In this document: positions 34,108-40,186 of the stretch, in pieces
Numbering within the stretch: the stretch's first letter is position 1
How the letters are laid out: every line of letters starts with the position of its first letter
Assembly (NCBI GenBank): GCA_038077975.1
Contig: JBBUGM010000011.1
Span: forward strand, 22,038 to 86,037
Length of the DNA: 64,000 nucleotides
Origin: Patescibacteria group bacterium
Lineage (GTDB): Bacteria; Patescibacteriota; Minisyncoccia; UBA6257; 2-01-FULL-56-20
Direction of reading: 5' to 3'
Position numbers and translations under genes: made by a program
The notes under the pieces: generated by a model
The model's database searches: none
The model's input: only the letters and a program-made list of their open reading frames with translations
Told to the model about the DNA's origin: nothing

Positions 34108-34727
34108 ATATTAACTTCTGAGGAAACACTTTTTATTATAGACTGTATAACGTTAAGCAAGTGACCACCCTTTTTGACTGCAATCCTGCATATTCCATAA
34201 GTTGTTTTCCCTCTTTTGCCGCCATCGTTATAGTACGCCCGAATTTTGTTTTTGTTAACACCGGTACATCTTGACCAATATTTTACGCATCGGTTACGAT
34301 TCATCCCGGTGAAGTATCTCACGGTAATTGATAGCGCGTTTCTATTTACGCCGTAACGCGCGCGCAAAAGTTTTATATACATTTTCACCATTTCGCCATT
34401 TGTATTGGTGAAAATACATCCTCTTTTTGAATTGCCCTCTGCCCAATATAGCATCGCGAGAATGACACAATAGTATTTGTTGGGGCCAGCCATAATTTTA
34501 TCTGCTTCTAAGGCCGCTTTTTCTCTTTCAGCTTGAGCACGCTTACGACTTCCCCCTTGTTTTCCTTTTAAAATCTTGCTATATTTTGGAGAAATCTTGA
34601 GTCGGTGGACATGGTGCCAAACTGTTGTTTTTGGAACAGAAAACATTTTGACCAACTCGTTGATACTGTAACCGCGCCTCCGCAATCTCTTTAGAGATTC
34701 TACCTTTTGCCTTGAGTGTATATGCAT
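34098..34727 (-). CDS. HTH domain protein with a LAGLIDADG-like core (putative homing endonuclease)
   Basis: 209 aa. N-terminal HTH (GYSINELVKMFSVPKTTVWHHV). A single LYWAEGN motif followed by an alpha/beta core. The last 10 nt overlap tRNA-Arg(CCT). Confidence 0.55.
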   Translation of the reverse strand: MHIHSRQKVESLKRLRRRGYSINELVKMFSVPKTTVWHHVHRLKISPKYSKILKGKQGGSRKRAQAEREKAALEADKIMAGPNKYYCVILAMLYWAEGNSKRGCIFTNTNGEMVKMYIKLLRARYGVNRNALSITVRYFTGMNRNRCVKYWSRCTGVNKNKIRAYYNDGGKRGKTTYGICRIAVKKGGHLLNVIQSIIKSVSSEVNMPP

Positions 34728-34835
34728 TATTGTTGTATAATTATATCAATATCCTAGAAACAGCAAATACGTCCTTGTCATCACTTGGGGTTTCTAATGT
34801 AGGGCCTATAGTTAAATGGCATAACACCTCATTTG

Positions 34836-34978
34836 TCCCGACTCGACATTTTTAATATGAACGAAGTCGAGGATTCTCGATAGTTCAGGTGGGCCCATAG
34901 CTCATCTGGTAGAGCGCCACATTTGCAATGTGGAGGTGACCGGTTCGAGTCCGGTTGGGTCCACCTGAACTATCGGAA
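34836..34978 (+). mobile_element. 143-nt insertion inside the outer tRNA-Ala, carrying a complete tRNA-Ala(TGC)
   Basis: Bounded by the outer tRNA halves. Contains a 6-bp hairpin. A 13-bp perfect helix flanks the inner tRNA. Confidence 0.5.
34891..34963 (+). tRNA. tRNA-Ala (anticodon TGC)
   Basis: Acceptor GGGCCCA/TGGGTCC with G3:U70, D arm GCTC-ATCTGGTA-GAGC, anticodon arm CCACA-TTTGCAA-TGTGG, T arm ACCGG-TTCGAGT-CCGGT. No encoded CCA. Confidence 0.9.
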
Positions 34979-35000
34979 CAATGAGGAATTGGCAGTTCGA

Positions 35001-35019
35001 TTCTGCCTAGGTCCACCAA
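35001..35019 (+). repeat. direct repeat copy 1 (TTCTGCCTAGGTCCACCAA, the tRNA 3' end)
   Basis: Identical 19-mer recurs at 35173-35191. Confidence 0.85.
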
Positions 35020-35172
35020 CTAAATTTATCCAACTTCTCGGTAGGTAAATTTAGTTTTATGATTTTGCAGAATCGAACGGGAAAGGGGTCGGGAAAACGG
35101 AAGTTTTCCCGTGGTGGAAGACTTGAAACCGCTGGGTTTCAAAAAATTTTGCATCCGCAAAATTTTGTGAGC

Positions 35173-35191
35173 TTCTGCCTAGGTCCACCAA
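35173..35191 (+). repeat. direct repeat copy 2 (orphan tRNA 3' end)
   Basis: Identical to 35001-35019. No tRNA body precedes it. Confidence 0.85.
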
Positions 35192-35220
35192 TGTGCTAAA
35201 TTAAAAGCATTACAAAATAA

Positions 35221-35538
35221 ATGAAAAAATCCGATTATTTCTTAAAAAGCTTGATAAATGCCGCTGGTGTTTTTGTTTATGTTTTCGGAGTAGTGTGGCT
35301 GATCTCGAACGCAAAAATTATCTTTGGCGAACAGGAACCGGAAGGCCCGATCATTCCCCTTTTCATGCTGCTCTTATTCATTGTCTCGGCAACGATCACC
35401 GTACTTTTGGTGTTCGGAAAACCGGTTTATATGTACCTCGACGGTTTGAAAAGAGAGGCTATCATTTTACTCCTCTCAACGCTCGCGTGGCTTATACTTT
35501 TGCTCGCTGTGGTTGCCGGAGTTATTATTGCGCAATAA
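35221..35538 (+). CDS. small integral membrane protein (3 TM)
   Basis: 105-aa hydrophobic ORF. Confidence 0.55.
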   Translation: MKKSDYFLKSLINAAGVFVYVFGVVWLISNAKIIFGEQEPEGPIIPLFMLLLFIVSATITVLLVFGKPVYMYLDGLKREAIILLLSTLAWLILLLAVVAGVIIAQ

Positions 35539-35545
35539 GGCGGGA

Positions 35546-35575
35546 TTGACTTTTCCCCAAGTTCCGTGCTATAAT
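35546..35575 (+). promoter_or_regulatory. sigma70-type promoter TTGACT-18-TGcTATAAT
   Basis: -35 at 35546-35551. Extended -10 at 35567-35575. Located 40 nt upstream of the small ORF. Confidence 0.7.
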
Positions 35576-35615
35576 AGACTCAGTTCGGCCGATCTCTAAC
35601 CCTTAAGGAGGGTTT

Positions 35616-35792
35616 ATGGCAACAACCATGGTTGAATCTCGGCAGCAGCCACATCTCTTCCGCTTCAAGCCGGAAGTTCCGACGAGCTACAGCTTCGGAG
35701 CTCCCTGCGAAGGCTGCGGATTGCTGATGGGCTCCGCCGAGCATCGATTCCCCTTGGAGAGCGGCGGCACGGGCCACAAGACGTGCAAGTAG
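35616..35792 (+). CDS. 58-aa Cys/His small protein, not in the ORF track (MATTMVESRQQPHLFRFKPEVPTSYSFGAPCEGCGLLMGSAEHRFPLESGGTGHKTCK)
   Basis: RBS AAGGAGG at 35605-35611 lies 4 nt before the ATG. Consensus promoter upstream and perfect terminator downstream. CxxC...HxxC spacing. Confidence 0.6.
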   Translation: MATTMVESRQQPHLFRFKPEVPTSYSFGAPCEGCGLLMGSAEHRFPLESGGTGHKTCK

Positions 35793-35807
35793 CTTCTCCA
35801 GCTTTTC

Positions 35808-35839
35808 AGAGTGTCCCCCTTGGGACACTCTTCTTTTTT
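35808..35839 (+). terminator. intrinsic terminator
   Basis: AGAGTGTCCC-CCTT-GGGACACTCT followed by TCTTTTTT. Confidence 0.85.
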
Positions 35840-35851
35840 GACGCGAAATTT

Positions 35852-36091
35852 TTAACGATGAGGGCAACCGGCCCAACAGCAAGGCCGGCGCTTTCCTTCT
35901 GCAAGCTCTGCGATTGTCCGCTTAACATGATTTTTCCTTGTCTTTGGAGTTTTAACGGAGATAATCCAGCAGATCCATTCGTTGCGCGCGAGTGGCGTAA
36001 TATCCTCCCATGCTGCTCGTGCCGCTGGGTGAGATGTAAGGGCTTTTCTTAAATCCGCTGGCATTTTGTGCGCCGATTCTTTTTCTGTCAT
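35852..36091 (-). CDS. YdeI/OmpD-associated family protein
   Basis: 79 aa. ITPLARNEWICWI and GKRRPCCWAGCPHR are typical of this family. Confidence 0.75.
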   Translation of the reverse strand: MTEKESAHKMPADLRKALTSHPAARAAWEDITPLARNEWICWIISVKTPKTRKNHVKRTIAELAEGKRRPCCWAGCPHR

Positions 36092-36182
36092 AAGATTATT
36101 TTATCAAAAAGAGGCGGTGAAGCCCGCCGTCGCGTTCTTTTTGCGAACTGTGTCCGCCGAAGCCCGCTATGGCGGGCGAAAG

Positions 36183-36269
36183 CGGAGGCGGGAGGATTCG
36201 AACCTCCGAGGGGATTTCTCCCCAACCGCATTTCGAGTGCGGCGCGTTAGACCACTCTGCCACGCCTCC
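36183..36269 (-). tRNA. tRNA-Ser (anticodon CGA)
   Basis: Acceptor GGAGGCG/CGCCTCC, anticodon arm CCGCA-CTCGAAA-TGCGG, long variable arm, T loop TTCGAAT. Confidence 0.9.
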
Positions 36270-36475
36270 ATGCCGCTAATAATAAAACGCCGCAATGCGA
36301 TTGTCGAGAACCAATTTTTTAAAAGAAAAATTGGGGATTAAAATCCCGTGTTGGAAGGCGCCCCGACCAGTTGGTCGGGGCGATGTGGGAAACCGAGGGT
36401 GTCCCAGATGGGGGTCGGGGTTTTAATTTGGACATGCTATACTTGGTCCAGGACTTTTGAAACGGAGAGTGGAAA

Positions 36476-37084
36476 ATGTCCACCTGGGCAGAACGGCTCG
36501 GCTTCTCCAAGTGGGTCGACTTTGACCACACACATTCTTTCGCGGGAAAACTCAAAAACGTTTTCGTTGTGCACGTCGTGAACTTCGCTTGGGTCATCAT
36601 GGCGCTTTTCATTTTGACCCAACTTACTGGCAAAACTTCTCAAGAGATCACCTCTATCCTCGCCGCCAGTCCTTTCATCGGCTCCGGAATACTCCTCAAG
36701 CTCTATCCCGCTCTGGCCGTAAGCGTGCCGCTCTTGTTTTTCCTCGCAGGTATCCTCGCTCCCTATTGGGAAGAAAGGGTATTCCGTGTTCTCGTGAATA
36801 AATACGGTCGGAAACATGAACCCGACTTCAACCCGAAAAAATGGGGATTCACATGGGAACTGATGCTCTGTTCTTCTATCATCTTCGGCATCATGCATGG
36901 CTCGCCACTCAACATTCTCTTTCAGGGAGTTGGCGGGTTCCTCTATTCTTATCTCTACGTCAAGAACAACAATTCCTACTGGTCCATTGTGCTCGCGCAC
37001 GCGATGTGGAACGTTTCTGTCATTTTCCTGCTTCCTTGGTTCGTGAACGGACAACTTTTTATGTTTCTCACCTCCGCATTCTAA
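36476..37084 (+). CDS. CPBP family intramembrane glutamic endopeptidase (CAAX protease-like)
   Basis: EERVFR, FGIMHG and HAMWN motifs in a multi-TM ORF. Confidence 0.8.
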   Translation: MSTWAERLGFSKWVDFDHTHSFAGKLKNVFVVHVVNFAWVIMALFILTQLTGKTSQEITSILAASPFIGSGILLKLYPALAVSVPLLFFLAGILAPYWEERVFRVLVNKYGRKHEPDFNPKKWGFTWELMLCSSIIFGIMHGSPLNILFQGVGGFLYSYLYVKNNNSYWSIVLAHAMWNVSVIFLLPWFVNGQLFMFLTSAF

Positions 37085-37097
37085 CGGAGGTGTTTTT

Positions 37098-38174
37098 TTG
37101 TATGCTACAATTATTCCAATGGCCCAATCCCCAATCATATCTACAATAAAAAAGGTGATGCCGGCGGTCGTCTCCATCGTCATCTCGAAACATCTTGAGG
37201 ATGTGGAAAAGGAACTACCCAAGGATCTTTTCGTTCCCGGGAAGGATGGCGAGAGCGCCCAAAAATTTCACATTCCGGAAATGCTCGTCGACAAGCGCGG
37301 TATGGTGCAGGTCGGCGGCGGCTCCGGGTTCGTGGTGGAGTCGGGCGGCCTTATTCTCACGAACAAGCACGTCATCGGCGACCCCAAGGCGGAATACACC
37401 GTCGTTTTGAACGATGACCGTAAATTCTCCGCAAAAATTTTAAGCCGCGATCCGATAAACGACGTTGCAATCGTGAAGATCGAAACAAAAGGACTGCCCG
37501 TAGTAAAATTGGGTGACGCGACAAAACTCGAACTTGGCGAACAGGTTGTCGCGATTGGGAACGCACTTGGAATATTCAAAAACACCGTCTCGGCGGGCAT
37601 CATCTCCGGCCTATCACGCGCCATCATGGCGCAGGCGGAACCGGACGCGCCGCCGCAGGAAATGCGCGGGCTGATACAGACGGATGCCGCCATCAACGTC
37701 GGCAATTCCGGCGGGCCGCTCGTCAATTTGAACGGTGAGGCGGTGGGTGTGAACGCCGCCATCGTTTTCGGCGCGCAGAACATCGGTTTCGCCATCCCGA
37801 TCAACGCCGCAGGTCGCGATCTCGACGACATAAAAAAATTCGGCCGGATAAAGCGGCCCTTCCTTGGCGTGCGCTACATGATGATCGATGACAACCTTTC
37901 CCAAAAAATGAATTTGTCTGTAAGCTACGGCGCTTTGGTGATGCCAGAGGGGCCGCAAGATATGGGGCACGGCATAGTTCCCGGAAGCCCAGCCGCAAAA
38001 GCGGGCATAAAAGAAAAAGATATTGTGCTCGAATTCGCGGGGCAAAAACTGGACCGCAATCACCCGATCCAGGATTTTTTGGAAAACATGAACGTCGGTG
38101 ACGAAGTCGAAATGCTAGTTCTGCGGAACGGCAAGCAGTTCAGAACGAAGGCGAAACTCTCGGAACGGACGTAG
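37098..38174 (+). CDS. htrA: HtrA/DegP family serine protease with a PDZ domain
   Basis: GNSGGPLVN active site and C-terminal PDZ-like region. TTG start 5 nt after GGAGGTG. Confidence 0.9.
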   Translation: MYATIIPMAQSPIISTIKKVMPAVVSIVISKHLEDVEKELPKDLFVPGKDGESAQKFHIPEMLVDKRGMVQVGGGSGFVVESGGLILTNKHVIGDPKAEYTVVLNDDRKFSAKILSRDPINDVAIVKIETKGLPVVKLGDATKLELGEQVVAIGNALGIFKNTVSAGIISGLSRAIMAQAEPDAPPQEMRGLIQTDAAINVGNSGGPLVNLNGEAVGVNAAIVFGAQNIGFAIPINAAGRDLDDIKKFGRIKRPFLGVRYMMIDDNLSQKMNLSVSYGALVMPEGPQDMGHGIVPGSPAAKAGIKEKDIVLEFAGQKLDRNHPIQDFLENMNVGDEVEMLVLRNGKQFRTKAKLSERT

Positions 38175-38258
38175 GCACCGGCACATTTGCCCTATATTTA
38201 AATATAGGGCAACACGAATGACGACTTCTCTTGTTCGCCAGATTCTAAAAAAGTAAAT

Positions 38259-38280
38259 GGCCGCTTCCGAAGAAGCGGCC
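38259..38280. terminator. hairpin between convergent htrA and the 147-aa gene
   Basis: GGCCGCTTC-CGAA-GAAGCGGCC. A T-run follows on the minus-strand side. Confidence 0.6.
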
Positions 38281-38290
38281 CTATGTGTAT

Positions 38291-38734
38291 TTAGGATGAA
38301 GAAGCGGTCCTGCAAATATCTTGAGCTTTTAGCTTCAAGACGGAGGCTCTACCGTCAAGTTCTCTCGCGTATTTCAAAATGGCATCGCGAACGACATCTT
38401 TCAATAAATCCACCGCCACAACCTTATTCACGGTAATCAGACTGCGAGTGTGATTAGCGGTGTCGAGGACAAAATCAACCTCAAACTTGCCCCTATCCTC
38501 TTTGTCAACAAGAACCACTTTAAAAATAGCGTTGGGACGCGTGGTTTCCTGCCCATATTTGTCGAAAAAGCAGAAGCTCACGGTTACCACCTCGACCATC
38601 TCCGACAAAACTCCCATCGCTTGTTCGAAGAGGAGGCAGATCTCGTAGACATTCCTGCGTTCGTCGTATCCTGGTTGAACAATACACAATTCTCCGCGAG
38701 CATCGCGGGCCACCGTGTTCACGCTAATCTTCAT
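38291..38734 (-). CDS. hypothetical protein
   Basis: 147 aa counting from MKISVN, which has the RBS GGAAGGTG. Confidence 0.5.
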   Translation of the reverse strand: MKISVNTVARDARGELCIVQPGYDERRNVYEICLLFEQAMGVLSEMVEVVTVSFCFFDKYGQETTRPNAIFKVVLVDKEDRGKFEVDFVLDTANHTRSLITVNKVVAVDLLKDVVRDAILKYARELDGRASVLKLKAQDICRTASSS

Positions 38735-38811
38735 CCTGCACCTTCCTTGAGCTCTCAAAGAGCTTTTAATTTCCGGCAAGCAAAGCTGTACCGGATATGC
38801 GCATTATAGCA

Positions 38812-39126
38812 TCATCCGAGCCAAAGCGCAACGATGCCGAATTTTCTAATTTTTTCTTTATAGCCGGGGTAGCCACCATAAACCTTTCTCACCTCACCCG
38901 AAGAACCTGCCAATGGCATAACTTTTTTGTAGTTTAGGGCGCGGAACATCATACCGATATTTCTAAAATGACTTACGCGTTTAACTTTCTTCGTCAGCCG
39001 CAATGTGCTGCAGCTAAAAACCAGCCGGTCGCCAGCTTCAATTTTTCTATAGCGCTCCGTAACTGCGCGAGTTTCGACGGTTTTTAACCCCCGCCTGATT
39101 GCATCGAAATTCTTTCTATCGCTCAT
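38812..39126 (-). CDS. ASCH domain protein
   Basis: FDAIRRGLKTVETRA...GDRLVF is an ASCH/PUA-like pattern. Start at MSDRK. Preceded by a 14-codon uORF that ends in an ATGA overlap. Confidence 0.7.
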   Translation of the reverse strand: MSDRKNFDAIRRGLKTVETRAVTERYRKIEAGDRLVFSCSTLRLTKKVKRVSHFRNIGMMFRALNYKKVMPLAGSSGEVRKVYGGYPGYKEKIRKFGIVALWLG

Positions 39127-39162
39127 TCTAAACCGCAATGTCCATTCTCGTCTCGTTTTCGC

Positions 39163-39194
39163 GGCATTCGCATGTATTCGTAGTTTGGAATCGC
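39163..39194 (-). repeat. 32-nt MPR motif copy (opens the 14-codon uORF 39123-39167)
   Basis: GGCATTCGCATGTATTCGTAGTTTGGAATCGC. Confidence 0.8.
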
Positions 39195-39196
39195 GG

Positions 39197-40102
39197 CTAG
39201 TATTCATATACATCCACCAGCTTCCCCGCTTTGTCGAATAAGAGAACTCTGTCGTGGTCGGGGTCGAGGAACGTGTTCCTCGTCCATGCGCGGAATTCGT
39301 GCGAAAGGAAATCCGAGTCGAACCTGTGGCGGGAATAACAGCCGCTCAAATTTATTTCGTCCAAATAATCCGGGCAAACATAATCCGTTTCCGGCACGGG
39401 AGGATTTGAACTCGGCAATTTACAGGAACGTAGCGAATCAATATAATCCTCGCAGGCGCCCATCACGCGGCTCATATCGAAGTCGTTAACGGGGTTGGGA
39501 CAGCTTAATGGCAGTGACGGAACAAATTTATTTCTTGCCTGGAGATACCCTGTGCATTTGTTGAGCCGCAAATTAAGGCCGATGGCGCTTTGGCCATAGT
39601 AAATATTCAAATAGCCGCCGCTCTCAAGCTGTATATCCGATTCCGCGGCAAGCCCGGACGGCTCATAAATGTTCACCGCGCGCGGAATAATAAAACTGCC
39701 CCTCCTTCCCTGCATCACCCAGCCGGAAATATTTATCGTGCCAGTTCCTTTAAAACTCGCTTTAAGCGCCGTGCGGCTTGATGTAAAAGACATTCTCACC
39801 TCGCGGAAATATATAGAAAGGTCCTCCGCCGTAAACCCCGACGGAATAAGCCGCGGATCTATCGCCGGCTTAATTTCTTCTTCTGTTGGAACAGACGTTT
39901 TAACGCCGGTTTGTCCGGGATATATTGAAGTGGAACCTGTCCTCGGCACCCTCTCCGAACTTAAACGCGGCGTGCTCGTACTACTCAAAGAGAACCCTTT
40001 CACAAAATCACTGATGCCGCCGGGAGCGCCGGAGGTAAAAAAGAAAACTATGCCGCCCAAGACAACCACAAAAATTAGAACTGTTAGTATTTTGCCGCCC
40101 AT
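39197..40102 (-). CDS. hypothetical membrane-anchored extracytoplasmic protein
   Basis: 301 aa with an N-terminal TM segment. Possible lamin-tail-like beta domain (weak). Confidence 0.5.
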   Translation of the reverse strand: MGGKILTVLIFVVVLGGIVFFFTSGAPGGISDFVKGFSLSSTSTPRLSSERVPRTGSTSIYPGQTGVKTSVPTEEEIKPAIDPRLIPSGFTAEDLSIYFREVRMSFTSSRTALKASFKGTGTINISGWVMQGRRGSFIIPRAVNIYEPSGLAAESDIQLESGGYLNIYYGQSAIGLNLRLNKCTGYLQARNKFVPSLPLSCPNPVNDFDMSRVMGACEDYIDSLRSCKLPSSNPPVPETDYVCPDYLDEINLSGCYSRHRFDSDFLSHEFRAWTRNTFLDPDHDRVLLFDKAGKLVDVYEY

Positions 40103-40186
40103 AATGGTGAATAAAATCCTAAACTCTAAATTCTAAATCCTAAACAATCTCAAAATCGCAAACGGCTTAATTACCAAATAGCATAA
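40103..40186. repeat. TCTAAAT word-family spacer
   Basis: ATCCTAAACTCTAAATTCTAAATCCTAAAC. I found only one arm. Confidence 0.5.

Larger units (their letters stand above)
34802..35015 (+). tRNA. tRNA-Ala(TGC)-like gene interrupted in the anticodon loop (5' part 34802-34835, 3' part 34979-35015)
   Basis: The two parts together form a canonical cloverleaf with G3:U70 and an encoded CCA. 143 nt lie between them. Confidence 0.6.

Noticed and set aside
34836-34978. A group I intron, or an archaeal-type bulge-helix-bulge intron, in the outer tRNA-Ala.
   Set aside because: At 143 nt it is too short for a group I core, and I could not place P3-P9 elements.
- The insert ends in A rather than the terminal G.
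- The flanks zip into a continuous helix (TTGT/ACAA) rather than a 3-4-3 BHB.

I kept it as an unexplained insertion instead.
35580-35882. 100-aa minus-strand ORF listed in the track.
   Set aside because: It overlaps the plus-strand 58-codon ORF, which has a consensus promoter, RBS and terminator. The minus ORF would have to read through that terminator hairpin and has no signals.
36437-37222. 261-aa minus-strand ORF over the CPBP protease gene.
   Set aside because: The plus-strand frame carries the EExxxR, FxxxH and HxxxN CPBP motifs and a good RBS. The minus frame is a shadow ORF.
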